The position numbers and the translations under genes are program-made. From NCBI RefSeq assembly GCF_006345805.1, contig NC_043011.1:23448464-23512463 (forward strand): DNA of 64,000 nucleotides, given 5' to 3'. This DNA comes from Octopus sinensis (lineage: Eukaryota). Under the pieces are notes generated by a model. That model searched no databases. It saw only the letters and a program-made list of their open reading frames with translations, and was not told the origin of the DNA. Shown here in pieces: positions 12,036 to 25,395 of this stretch; the first letter of the stretch is position 1, and every line of letters begins with the position of its first letter.

Positions 12036-13117
12036 ACAAACATTTCAGAGTGTTTGAGTGTCAATCTGAGGACAGTGCAGAGGATTCAGAAAGAGTTGGA
12101 TGAATCTAATGGTGATTATGAAGGTATGGCAGCTCAGAAAACTCACTCTGATCATTCTAATAAGAAAAGAACTCCTGAATTTGTTGGTGAGATCCAGACC
12201 ATGATTGAGAACGAACCCTCCAAGCCAATCAGGTCCATCACCAGAACATGGGGGTGTCTGAGTTTCTTAGGCAAGTAATGCATGAAGACACTCGGTATTC
12301 CTCATACAAGATGAGAAAGGGCCAATTTTTATCCAAAGTCATCAAGGACAAGAGGAAAGACCATGCTACAAAGTTTCTGAACAAACTCAAGCATTCCCTC
12401 CAACAAAACATGCTTTGGTTTTTCTCAAATGAGAAAAATTTCTGCTAGGATCAGATAGTGAACACACAGAACAACTGCTGGCTTGCTGTATCCCCAAAAT
12501 AGGTACCGAGGTTGATAAAACATCCAGTCAACATCATGGTGTCTGGAGTGATTATTTATGATGACGTTATGCCTCCATACATCTTCCCACACAACCTCAG
12601 TCTCAACACGGAGGCCTATATCAAGTGACTGAAGGAGGTAGTGCTGCTTTTGGTCAAGAGGGTGGCTGCTAGAAGACCCTATGTCTGGCAACAGGACTCT
12701 GCACTATGTCACACAAGCAGGAGAACCCAGTCATGGATGTCAGACAACTTCTGTGACCACATTACGCCAAACATTTGGCCACCTAACTCTCCAGACTACA
12801 ACTCCCTTGATTATTATGTGTGGGGTGCACTTGAGCAAGAGACCAACAAAACTCCTTGTAACACCAAAGATGAACTGAAGGCAAGGATTATGACAGTATT
12901 CACCAACTTAAACAAGGAGACTGTCCAGAAGAGTTGCAGGAGATTATGAAGTCGTCTGGAGGCCATGGCTGAAGCCAATGGTGATTTTATTGAATAAATT
13001 TACTCTTTAATATTTCAAGATATTTTTATGTAATTTTGGAAAATATATCTGTTAAAATGAGATGTCAGCGTTATTTTCATTTTTGCATAATTCAGACAAT
13101 TTATTCACTGCACTCTG
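12036..13117 (+). mobile_element. Tc1/mariner superfamily DD37D (maT) transposon, 5'-truncated, transposase pseudogenised
   Basis: WQQD...(37 aa)...WPPNSPDYNSLDYYVWG spacing counted from ORF 12641-12949; frameshifts and stops upstream; 3' TIR GACAATTTATTCACTGCACTCTG. Confidence 0.9.
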
Positions 13118-13127
13118 TGTATATATG

Positions 13128-13335
13128 ACCGCGTGTGTATTGCTGGTGATTTTCTTTCTCCGCCTTCCCTTCCTTGGACCTTTCCTTTTTCTTCGTTTCT
13201 AACAAAGAGCTCCACTCGAAACGTTAAATCCTCCTTCTTTGTTTCCTTTCCTGAGCGTCCAATAACACTATACTTGTTCCACGTCCTCGCGTTGTTGTGT
13301 TTTCTCTTTGTTCATGTTTGGAGTAACTATACATA
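13128..13335 (+). mobile_element. Penelope-like terminal-repeat fragment with degenerate hammerhead motif
   Basis: GTTT-CTAACAA-AGAGCTCCACTC-GAAACGTT-AAA at 13195-13228, followed by a pyrimidine-rich tail ending in a TA run. Confidence 0.5.
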
Positions 13336-13484
13336 TAAATAAATATATATATATATATACATACACACACACACATTCATACATACATACATACATACAT
13401 TAAACATTGAGCTTCTGTACAGTTTCTCTCTCCCAAACCTAGCATGTTGTGCATGTGTGTGTATGTATATGAGTGCTTATATAC

Positions 13485-13585
13485 GCATGCCTTCACACTG
13501 TCAATGCTTAAGTCTCCTGTGAACAATATGTCCCACAGCTTGATGGTTTTGATGTGTGAAGAGCTGTAGAATGAACACATCTTAC
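13485..13585 (-). CDS. Candidate exon encoding a WD40-like repeat (xKMCSFYSSSHIKTIKLWDILFTGDLSIDSVKAC)
   Basis: Strong acceptor (ctcttttctttcttgac...tgtttttcag). F..S.S..KTIKLWD is in WD40 register but has I where D is usual. Donor is weak (gtatat, or gtgtga as an alternative). Confidence 0.4.
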
Positions 13586-13733
13586 CTGAAAAACAGGTTA
13601 AGGTTTGTCAAGAAAGAAAAGAGCTGCTTCAATGATGCTCATCCAGTTCAAGACTGCATGGATGGGCAGGGGGGGAAGCAGGCAAAAAAATGATGATGAT
13701 AACAAATGAGATGTATTATTAGGAAACCAGAGG

Positions 13734-13924
13734 GTGGCAAGCTGGTAGACTTGTTAGCCCACCAGGCAAAACGCTTAGTGACATTTTGTTCGTCTCTGAG
13801 TTCAAATTCCACAGAGGTCAACTTTGCCTTTCATCCTTTCAGAATTGATGAAATAAGTACCAGTTACACACTGGGGTCAATGTGATCAACTACAGTTTCA
13901 AGCCTTATGCTTTTAGTAGAAAGG
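13734..13924 (+). mobile_element. SINE family A (short-tail variant) with 19-bp TSD
   Basis: TSD ATTATTAGGAAACCAGAGG at 13715-13733 and 13925-13943. Confidence 0.9.
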
Positions 13925-15902
13925 ATTATTAGGAAACCAGAGGCTATGGGGTATTGTGATCATTGTAATTTTTTGCTATATTACTGATATTGTTCAGTTT
14001 GAAGATCTGTAATTCAAAGTTATGTAGAGCTTTGGAAAGTAAGGAGAAAGAAAAGTCCTTAGAGAAAGTTTCAGGTGCATAACACTGTTTATCCAAAGTA
14101 CTTAGACTTATACAAAAATGAGTAGAACATGTGTATGTCCTTAGAAGATCAGAGTTGCTAGAGATAAAGTTGGACATTTGAGCCAGAAGCACATGACCAT
14201 GGTTGTTTTCTTATCTCCAAGCTATAAACCTATCCCTTTCTTTAATTGGATGTCAATTTTGAGAATTCTTGACTCTTGAGATTATCTTCCATTCTCATGT
14301 GGAGCTGGACTTAATAACCATTTTGTTAATTATGATATATCCTCTAGAGATGGGAGTAGATAATCTTAAGAAAACAACGATTTTTGTTGTATGGTATTTA
14401 GTAGGCCTGTATTTGTCTGTGTTGTTCAAATACAAGCCACTGGCCACTCTGAGAATATTTCTTTTAGCTCATTTTAGTTTAAATCGTAATGATACATGCT
14501 TGTTCTTCCGTTGGCCTGGCTCAGTTGATTCAATCAAGAGAAACAGCTTGCTCATGTAATTAACCTGCAAGAGGCTGAGCACTCCACAGATACACCGTTG
14601 GCATAGTTCTCAGGAAGATTCAGCACAACATAGAATGTGACAAGGCTGGCCCTTTGAATTACAGATGCAACTCATTTTTGCCAACTGATTGGACTGGAGC
14701 AACAAGAAATAAACTGTCTTACTTAATGACACAATACATTGCTGGGAATCAAAGTCATGACCTTACAATTGTGAGCTGAATAACCTAACTACTAAGCCAT
14801 GCACAGATCGGTTGAGTGAAACGATAAGTCCCAATACAATGTTACAGCTGCTGTGAAATTTAAACTCATCAGATTCATATCTCAGAATATAAAAACAATA
14901 TAACACTATAATAAAGACACGTTCATTCAGGCAACACAATCATCATCATCATCGTTTAGCGTCCGCTTTCCATGCTAGCAAGGGGTTGGACGGTTCAACT
15001 GGGGTCTGGGAAGCCAGAAGGCTGCACCAGGCCCAGTCTGATCTGGCAATGTTTCTATGGCTGGATGCCCTTCCTAACGCCAACCACTCCATGAGTGTAG
15101 TGGGTGCTTTTTACACACTTCACAATATTTAAAGGATGCAAAGTTTATTTTACATCTTATGGTATGATTGCGTATTCTGCTAGTTTATACAGTTATTGTT
15201 TTATGAACGTTATGGATGAAATCAAAGTTTGTGAATATCATCATCATTTAATGTCCATGCTCCACCTGGCATGAATTGGATGGTTTAAACAGGATCTGAT
15301 AGGTCTCCAAAGACTGCATCATGCTCCGATGTTTCCTTTTGCATGGTTGCCAACCAGTTTACAGTGTGTTTACTGGGTGCTCTTCATGTGCCACCAGCAT
15401 TAATGAAGTTGCCATGCAGCTTACAAGAAAAACAAAACCTGAAGCAGGGGGGGGGGCACTTCATGTGAGTAACTGTAGGATTAAAGTACGAGAGAAGGCA
15501 AGACTGATTAGTAGGAGCTGCAGGTGCAGGTAGCTCCTTAAGGTATGAAGTGATCAGAGGTGAAGATGGACAGAAAACTTAGGAGTGTCGGTGGGAGTTT
15601 GCAAGAATGTATGATGAGTAAGAGATGAGGAAATTGGAGGTAAGGAACAACAGTAAAAAAAAAATTGGTAGTTGAAGGATGGATACAGGGAGTCATGGAT
15701 GGATGACACACTTCAATATCTAGTTTACAGACAAGTCTTTGTTAACACTACTACTGTGATGTCATCTGCTTCTCAGAACTGGCTGCCTGATTCACTTTCC
15801 TTTCCACCTTTTACATCCCATACTGCCTCTCACCAGACCCTGCATATAAGCCCATTCTCCTAGTTCTTTCACACCAGGGCATCACCCTCTGGAATTGCTT
15901 AC

Positions 15903-16008
15903 AAAGCTTGGGATTTTCTTGCAGCTGTCTGTCTGCAACTCTTCAAACCTGACCCCATTGATATACAGGTCGGAGAGGGTCTGCAAAGGCCATGGACACA
16001 GCTCCTTT
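15903..16008 (-). CDS. Candidate internal exon (KELCPWPLQTLSDLYINGVRFEELQTDSCKKIPSF); product unknown, weakly LRR-like
   Basis: Long polypyrimidine tract before the AG, an alternative acceptor at 15980 giving 78 nt, donor gtaagc, and an open frame. It is a unique GC-richer island between repeats. Confidence 0.45.
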
Positions 16009-17439
16009 CTCCAGAGTAAATAAAATATAAAACAAAAAATAAAGGACCAGCTGTTGTTTAGTCCCATGTAACCCCTGATTAAAATAGACCTATGATTCCA
16101 TCTAGGATCATCCTGTATATTTCCAAGTACTTAGGAATACATTATTCCTACAAGGTCCAGTGTGATGGCTTGTATACCTCAACGACCCAGTAAGCTATGC
16201 CAGCATAGCACAATCTCCTGGTAGGGTCTCCCATGCTGGACAGGTCAAAAGATAAAGGCTAGACTAATAAGGATCACCTGTTTCCAGAGATAAAAATGGG
16301 CTCATATAGAGCCAACAACCCTACTTAGAAGCATCAATGACAATTCAAAACCAAGACTTGGAAGAGGAAGGCCTTTCTTTAGAGAAAGACATAGCAGAGT
16401 CATTGAATAGTGAAGAAAAGTCACATCATTGAGTGCAAAAGGCTTAAGTAAGCAGGAAAACATTACCCAATATCTAAGAATATATTACTATATCTTTTTT
16501 TTTATTTTCTAGACAGTAAGGAATATTTCAAAGGTGATTTGGCAACTATTTCTAGCAGATCAAGTGATAATATAGAAGCTTCCTCACCAACTCATCTTAA
16601 GAACCGGCATTAAACACATAAAAATTTTGCCACTGGAGAACAGGCCAGTTGAACCTAGATAACATCTGCATAGGATTTTGTACTTTATCCCACAACATGA
16701 ACCAAGGCAGAGAAAACAGAGTGTAAAATTTTAAACAAAAATATGAAGTGAATAACCTGTTGTGAATTTTATCTATGAGCTAGAAGCCAAACATTCTAGT
16801 CATCCAACCATTTTGTTTCTGGTATGTCATATATTTTTTAATACAAGCGGTCTGACTGATGATAGAAACACACCATTTAACTTTCAACTAATTTCCTAAA
16901 AGAGTAGTTTGTGGGATCTGAAAAATGTTTCACATACAAAATCAAAGCTGTGAGTTATATTAGATGCAATCATATTGAAATTTTCATCCTTTAGAAGTTT
17001 AACAAAACTAATCGCTTACAAAATATTAAACAATGGTGCACATTTATTTGGTATTCTTTATGACTTTTGTTAGTAAAACTAATGGAAGCCAAACAAGCCC
17101 AGGATATTGTTGTATCCTCTGCTCTTAATAACACCAGTCAGTTATTGTTACCTAAATGCACTTAATGTTATCAGCTAGTTATTATGATCACATTGGGTTG
17201 GAGCCCAAAGTAATCACACGATGTGACTTCCACCGTATATGAAAGACTAACGAGTAAAAGATATTTCTAAAAATTAAATAAGACACTCAAAGGTCATTAT
17301 TTTACATTATGGTTCTTTAACAATTCAAATCAACTATTTATCAAACAAATGACAACCTTAAAAGACTGATTTTTTCAAGTAACAGAATTTTGCAATAGAT
17401 TGTGGAGATTTATAAGTAGGTCCAAGCTGTCCCTAAAGT

Positions 17440-18570
17440 TGTATAACTATTTCTTATTAGAGAGTGTAGTTTTGATGATCTCATGACAGAATTGTCTCTG
17501 CTTAGTATACATTGACACTATGGTCAAATGACTAGTTTCAGTTGACTATACAGTGTCTATGGTCTTATGACAAAGTTGTCTGTCTTCTCTACATAGTCAC
17601 TATGGCGGTCTTATGATAGAATTGTCTATGTTCACTATATAGTCTATGGTCTTACAATTGAATTGTCTGTTTCATACATAATCACTATAAAGGCAGTGAT
17701 CTTGCAGAAGGTGTTAGCAAGCCAGGCAGAATGCTTAAGTGACATTTCACTCATCTTTACATTCTGAGTTCAAATTCCACCAAGGTTGACATTGCCTTTC
17801 ATCCCTTCAGGATTGATAAAATAAGAACCAGTTAAGCACTGGGATCAATGTAATCGACTTAGGCCCTCCCCTGAAATTGCTGGCCTTGTGCCAAAATTTA
17901 AAACCAATATATAGTCACTATGGTCTTACGATTGTTGTCTTTGTTCAATGTTAGTCCCTATAGTCATATGAAACAAGTGCCTATGTTTAATATACATAGT
18001 CACTATGGTCATATGACTAGTTTCAGTTGACTATATAGTCTCTATGGTCTCATGGCAGTGCAGTCTAAATTGACTATATAGTGTATGGTCTTACAATTGT
18101 CAACAGAATCAACTAAATTAATTCTCAAAAATTTATGGCTAAATTGACTCCATAACCTCAATAGTCTTACAACTGTGCTGTCTAAATTGATCATGCAGTC
18201 TCTATTTCTTATGCTGGTGCTGTTTCAAATGATAATATAGTTGCTATAGTCTTATGACTAAGCAGTCTAAATCAACATTACCATTTCTTTGCACTTATGA
18301 CTGTTGTTTAAATTGACTAATAGTCTGTGTAGTTCCATGTGTCAAAATTCACTATATGCAATCTACATTGTTTTATTATTGTGTTGCTTAAATGACCTAT
18401 ACAACTACAACTGCTGCAGTCATTTGACCACTGTTAAAATTAACTATATGGTCATTATAGCATAATGAGTGTTTAAATCAATTAGTGTTTCTATGGTCAT
18501 ATGATGTATCTAAATTGACTACATAGCCTCAATGATTGTGTAGTCTTTTTAACTATTGGAATTAAGTATA
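17440..18570. repeat. Decayed ~42-bp satellite, block 1
   Basis: Recurrent GTCTAAATTGACTATATAGTC..TATGGTCTTATGAC-like units; interrupted by a SINE at about 17695-17905. Confidence 0.8.
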
Positions 18571-18989
18571 TGTGAAGGAGCAGGTGCATGGCTAGTGGTT
18601 AGAGTGTTGTACTCATGACTGCAAGATCACAGTTTCAATTCCTAGACTGGTGGTTCATTGTGTTCTTGAGCAAAACACTTCATTTCACGTTGCTTCAGTC
18701 TACTCAGCTGAAAAAATGAGTAATACTGCAACAGACTGGAATTACATTCAGAGGAAATGTCAGCCTACTTTCTTAGATAGTGGGGTAGCATCATTTGAAA
18801 GCTACAACAATGCAAGGAAGTACATTGTGACCAGTGGTGTAGAACAATATCCGATAGTCGGGCTGATGCAGTGAATTATATAGTAATAACAAGCTAAATT
18901 CGACAGTTGCATAAAAAGAAAGCGAAACACAATATGCCTTCCAACAATAAAAGTATTTTAAAAATATCAAAAAATGTCAACTTGATTAA

Positions 18990-19400
18990 AAGTAGCCACT
19001 CTCAGCTTCCACCATGGCCTCAAAACAGCTCCAGAAACTGATGTATGTATTCTTTACTATGTCCCTGAGGATATCTTTGAACACGTCCTTGATCTAGGCC
19101 ACCAGCTCGGCCTTGGTGTTGCAGGCAGAATGATAGGTATCTTTCTCAACTGCACCACCCACACATAGTAATCCATGGGATTACACGTGGGGGAATCAGG
19201 AGACCAGAATTTGGGGATGGTGAAGAAATTTTCCAAGAACCACTTCTGACGACTCTTTCCAGAGTCATGGCAAGAAGCTGAATCCTGCTGCCACACATAT
19301 GGCCTTCCAACAACAATACTCGCCTGCCAGGGATTGACTACAGTCTCCAACAGTTTCATTTGAATTGAGCCTAAGGCCCTGTTCAAAAGTGTGCGGATGA
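18990..19400 (-). mobile_element. Second DD37D/maT-type transposase remnant (different subfamily)
   Basis: GRPYVWQQDSASCH...WSPDSPTCNPMDYYVW and C-terminus FEAMVEAESGYF*; frameshifted. Confidence 0.85.
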
Positions 19401-19652
19401 GTTCCAGCATGCGGACGCAATCAAAGTGCCTACTGTGTCCCTTTCTGCTAGCCATGCCATCCTAGTCTTCATTACAGCCAGCCATGTCATGTCATGTCTT
19501 ACAGCCTTTACAGTGTTCACAGAACATTCCGCAGTAGTCATGTGTTGGCATTTTGATACCCAGCATAAAACATCACAATACAAGTAACTCTTCCAACATC
19601 CAGACAGCTTCCAGTTCTCCATGTTAGCTACTCTTTTCAACTATAACTTTAA

Positions 19653-19874
19653 CCCTTTAGCATTTGAACCAGCTACACCCAACCAAAATATTTTACCTGT
19701 TTTATGTCCCAAACTGATCAGATTCTGCATCTCACACCTACCCTACAATGTTAGTCTAAAAAATATACAGCCACATAATCAAAATCTCAAGGCTACAAGT
19801 TAATGCAGAATAAATTTGGAGCAATGTGAATAAATAAGCATTACATTTCATAGAATAATCAGAATTCTAAAAGG
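19653..19874. mobile_element. piggyBac-type MITE
   Basis: TTAA on both sides; imperfect termini CCCTTTAGCATT ... AATTCTAAAAGG. Confidence 0.7.
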
Positions 19875-19984
19875 TTAATCTTCATACTCTCCAACACCAT
19901 TGACTGTTCACCGATACATTAAAGCTGTTTCTGAAAAAGGGAAACACAAAAATTGTCAAATTTAGCCTGAACACCCCTACCTTG

Positions 19985-22350
19985 TATAATCATGGTATAT
20001 GACTGTGCTGTCCAGATTGACTATAATCTTTAAGACCTTAATACTATGTTGCTTAAATTGACTATAGAGTGTCAATGGTCTTTATGATGTCTATGTAGTT
20101 GACTAAATAGTCCCCATAGTTTCATAATTGGGTTGCATAAAAGGAGTAATTAGTCTCTATAGTCTTATGACTGAGTTTTGCCTAAATTAATTATATAGTA
20201 TATATGAACATATGACTGCTGTATCTAATATAACTATATAGTTTGTGTAAACTTGCTAATGTTTACATTGCTAGATATGCATATAATCTTTTAAATATGT
20301 TGTCTAAATTTACTGTATACTGTCTATTGCCTTATAACTATGGTCTAAGTTGAATGCATAGCTTTTATAGTCTTTTGACCATATTATCTAAGTTTACTAC
20401 ATAGTCTCTAATATCATAGGACTAGATGATATAGCTTACAGATCCTATGAATGTGCTGTCTAAACTGACTATATATAATCTCTATGATATTATGATTTGG
20501 CTCTTATGCTGGAGTTGTCTGAGTTAAATGTAGAGTCTGTATGGTCTTATGATTGTTGTCTGATTTGACTACATAGTAACTACAGTCATAAAACAATAAT
20601 GTAGATTACATTTTATATATGGTCACTCTAATATAAAAACATTGTATAAGTTGAATGCACATCTATGATATTAAGACTATTTCATCTAAATTAATTATAT
20701 AGTTAAATAGCATTATAACTGCTGTATAAATTCATTAGATAATCTTCATAGTCTAAGAATGCAATGTCTAACTTCAGTGTATAATCTCCACCCTTTTATA
20801 ACTACACTGTCTAAATTGACTGTATAGTCATTGTGGTCTTATGAATGATGTCCATATTGACTGTATTATCACAATGCCTCACAACTATTGAAGACTATAC
20901 AGTATCTATGCTCTTATGACTGTTTTCTTAACTAATTATATATTCTTAAGGCAGCAAGCTGGTAGGAATGTTAGTGCACCGGGCAAAATGCTTAGCGGTA
21001 TTTCGTCTGTTGTTACGTTCTGAGTTCAAATTCCACCGAGGTCGACTTTGCCTTTCATCCCTTTCGGGGTCGATAAATAAAGTACCAGTTTCGCACTGGG
21101 GTCGATGTAATCAACTTAATCCCTTTGTCTGTCCTTGTTTGTCCCCTCTATGTTTAGCCCCTGTGGGTAGTAAAGAAATATATATATTCTCTATGGCTTT
21201 GTGACTGTAACTTGTAAATTGACCATATAGCATTTCTGGTCTTATATCTGCGTTGTCTAATTGGACTTTATTCCTTATTTTATAACTGTCAATTATGTTA
21301 GCTATATAGTCTTTATGATATATATGATTGCCTTCTTCAATTTGACAGCAAAGTTTCCATGGTTGTATAACTACATAGTCATACTATTTTATGACTAAAC
21401 TATAACTAACTAAACTACTTCTATGGGTTTACAACCATATCACATAAATTAACAATATCATCTCTAAGGTTTTATGAGCAGGCTGTCTAAATAGACTACA
21501 GTCTCTATGGCTTTGTAGAATGTTGTCAAAATCAAATGTTTTTTAAATTAACTATATAGTTCCTATTGTCTTATGGCTCGTCTAGATTGAGTGTGTGATG
21601 TAAATTTGATTATATAGGATCTATGGTCTTCTCTCTTGTTCAAATTGATAACATAGACAATATGGTCTTATGACTATCTAAAAATTGACAATACGTAGTT
21701 TTAATGGTCTTTGATGACAGTGTTGTTTTAAGTTAAATATATAGCCTTTTTGGTCTCATCATAACACGATTTCTATGATTTTTAAGATGTCTAAATTGAC
21801 TTTCTTGTCTCCTAGTCTAATGACTATTGTGTAAGTCGAATATACATTATCTATGAACTTAAGACTAAGATGTGTAAATTAACTATATAGTTTGAATGGT
21901 CTTATGAATGTGTTCTTTAAATTACTATATAATCTCTAGTCTCGTGACTGTGTTGTCTAACTTTACTATATACTCTCCAGTCTAAAGACTGCTTTGTTCG
22001 CTATAGTCTCATAACTGTGTCATTTAAATTGACTATATAACCAATATGGGCTTATGGAGGCTTTCTTTTATGACAATGTAGACCTAAGGGTCTCAAGGCT
22101 GTCGCCATGGTTGATTATAAAGTATCAATGATCTTATAACTATGTTACCTAAATTTACTATACAGTCACTAAAGGTCTTATTACTGTTTAGTCTAATTTG
22201 AGTATATAATTTTTATGGTTTTATATTGTCTAAATTGGTTATATAATTATTATAGTCTTATGCTTGTATCCTAAATTGACTCTGTACTATCTACAGTCTT
22301 ATGAATGTTGTCTAAATTGACTATATTGTCCCTTTGGTCTCATGACAGTG
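19985..22350. repeat. Decayed ~42-bp satellite, block 2
   Basis: TAAATTGACTATAT anchors spaced 37-44 bp apart (e.g. 22150, 22194, 22231, 22272, 22313); split by a SINE at about 20947-21180. Confidence 0.85.
20947..21180 (+). mobile_element. SINE family A inserted in the satellite
   Basis: Full-length family A match; TATATTCT on both flanks. Confidence 0.85.
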
Positions 22351-23059
22351 TTGTTTCTTGATTTGTAGCAAGTAACTCATCAAAGGAAAGACTACATTCA
22401 ATCATGACAGCAATTTGAACTCACATCCACAGAATTTGACTTCCCACTTAAATCTATTGAAATCAGTTGATATTTCATTTTCCAGTAACTTGATACATCA
22501 CAGGAACATTATCAGCAGCAGCACTACATGTATTCAAGTCTTATGCTAAACTGTTAACAGTTACTTAATTACTTTTATACAATACTTATTGTTGGACTAT
22601 CATAGGATTTCAACCAGAAATGACAGATAAATTATTTTCAAACAAAAATTATATTATTCACTCCATAGATGGACTGATCTGAACAATGGGCCATTCTAGT
22701 GAATATTATAAGAGAATGAGTTGATTCACTCAATGCTTCTCAATAGACTGGTTTGCAGGAAGTCATGCACGTTACTCATGGAATGAATTGGTAACCCTTT
22801 GGACTTTTACCACTGTCAAACAATGGCCCTTTTTGCCAATAGCAATCATTACAGCAACCAACAGCTAACCATACCTTAATTTGAGTTAAACAGCTTGCAC
22901 TTATTATAATTTTTTTCTTGCACAGACAAAACTACTTCAACAAGTAGCATGAATTACTATATTAATTACTATTACAGGCCACAAGCCATTGCACTTTTTG
23001 CAACTTACAGTCACAAGAACATTGTCTCTTAAATGAGTGTTACAAATCATAAGCTATTG

Positions 23060-24330
23060 CAGTTTATGTAGTCTTCATTTTTGGATTCTTTGAAGAATAA
23101 TGGTTATGTAACAGTTTCCCCCATTTCTTTATGCAGTCCTTTGCATTTTTATTCAACACTGACAGGTCTTCTGTGCTACAGGAGCTGGGTAGGGGAGGAC
23201 AAACAAGACATTGTTCCATAGTATGGACTGCTTCTCTATTGGTGGTTGGGTCAGTCATGCCACTCCATCTGACCAAAGTAGCCTGTAATCATCCTGTTCT
23301 TGTTCCCATGCAGCTAAATGTCTTCAACTGAAGTGATGGTGCTTCTGAGCCAGGAGGGAAGTCTTCAGTGAGGGCTGGGGAGATTTCCATGTCAAGTGGA
23401 AGTGGGTCATTCTTTGGCTTTTCCATGCAGAGCTGGAGTCTGCTTTTTTTTTTTTTTGTTGTTTTGTTTTATTTCCTCAGAGCTATACTTCGTGACTTCA
23501 GTTATGGAGCTAAGAATCGATGTCCAGGAAAGAGATGGCATTCATCACAAGCAGCCTTTATCATTTCTTCTTGATTGTCCACTTCTCGTCTGATATCAGC
23601 ATGGGCAATGTCAGCAAGGAGGTGCAGGTTGTGTTGGTAGGTTTCATGTAACCTCTGATCAGGCATCAGATGTTGTTTGATTTTGGGTCAAATTCCTTGG
23701 TATGGGTTGATCGCTTCCAGACATGACATGCATATTCCATAAAGAAATAGCATAAAACCAAAGCAGTAGATTTTAATGTTGGTGCAGTGATTCTCTGTTT
23801 GTAGTTGACCAGTTTCTGTAGGATGTTGTTTTGGGAAATATCTTTCCATGTGGTATTTTTTTTTAATGTCCTCCTTAAAGGAGAGAGTGTGATCCAAAGT
23901 AACTCCAAAGTTGATAGGGTGGGTTCAGTGATCCAGTGATGTTCCAGACCAACTGATGTTAAGAGGTGGTTGGCTTCACAATTCCTAAAATGGAAAACAG
24001 ACTTGAGTCTTTGCAGGATTGGCAGGTAGCTGGTTACATTTGCAATAGAGAAGTAGTTCATCTGAGGCTGAGATGAGGTTTTGCTTCAACTGCTTCAAAC
24101 ATACTCTCTTGGACTGTGACAAAGAGGTCATCATCATAAATGAACTACTCAGTTTTCTGGTCCACTGACTGATCAATAGCACAGACACTACACAGTAATG
24201 AGGCCAGCACACTACCTTGGGGGTAAGTCATTGCATTGTTATTGCCAGTGATTACAATTGTTCAAGACAACAAAAAAGTAACTACCTTTCCATAAACACC
24301 TCATCTTTTGTCAACTCCAAGATCTTTTTC
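23060..24330 (-). mobile_element. Decayed non-LTR retrotransposon reverse transcriptase region
   Basis: LPQGSVLA...FIYDDDL (YADD box), NPAKTQVC.F and NNILQKL...TLKSTALVLCY..MEYACHVW across frameshifts. Confidence 0.85.
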
Positions 24331-24974
24331 AGGAGGTGATGGCTCACAGTGTCATACGTGAGACAGATCAAGGAACAAGTATTCATGCTGCAATCCCTGT
24401 TGAGTCAGACATCATACTATCAGCAAATTCTACCAAACACTTCGAAGCCAAGTTGAAAGCTTATGCAATGTACACTTACAAGACATTGTATTTACACTAC
24501 TCCTACAAGCCACAAGCCATTACAGCTTATACATCATACAGTTACAAGTCACTGCAACATACACTACTGATACAAATCATAAGACATCGCAGTTTCAACA
24601 GCCTTTAGTGACACAACCTTAACTTCCATAATGTTAAACACAATCTACATTTCAAACGTAACGCCATATTCACTTAGTCTCTTTTAGATATGCGTGACTA
24701 GCTGAGCAAATACCCAAAACAGTAAATTAATTTTTGTCAGTTCCTAGTAACTAAAGTACACTTATTTTCCCGCCTTTTCTTTTTGTTTTTTTTGTGTGTG
24801 TGTGTGTTGCTCCAAAAGGTACTGTGAAACACAAACACTTTATATGATATATTTTACACATGACATACTTTATGAATGCTGATATATGAATATTTATAGA
24901 CAGCATATCTCTATGAATATGATTACATACATATCGCTAATCCATGTTGATAACTTAAAACATTACATTGTCAC

Positions 24975-25395
24975 TCCATGTACTGCTGTCTCGATTATTT
25001 TATTTCTTTTATCTTTAACTTGTTTCAGTCATTGGATAATGGCCATGCTGGGGCACTGTTTCAAGGGTTTTAGTCATACAAATTGGCACCTGTACTTATT
25101 AAGTCTTGGTACTTATTCTATCAGACTATTTTGCTGAACTGCTAAGTTATGGGGATGTAAGCAAGCCAACACCAGAGATCAAACAAAGGTAGGGAACAAA
25201 CAAACACACACACACACACACATATATATAATGGGCTTCCACACAGTTTCTATCTATCCAAATCCACTCACAAGGCATTGGTCAGCCTGGAGTTATAGTA
25301 GAAGACACATAACCAAGGTGTCACACACTGAGACTGAACCCAGAACCACATGGTTGCTAAGCAAGCTTCTTAACTTCACAGCCAAACCTGTGCCT
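24975..25395 (-). mobile_element. SINE family B copy
   Basis: Reverse complement of the 644-1030 family. Confidence 0.75.

Noticed and set aside
11629-12064. ORFs of 92-142 aa rich in IY/YI (also ER, CV, HT, poly-N and poly-Y ORFs elsewhere)
   Set aside because: They are translations of microsatellites that happen to lack stops.
17440-22350. 42-bp satellite as a 14-aa coding repeat
   Set aside because: Unit length varies from 37 to 44 bp and stops are frequent.
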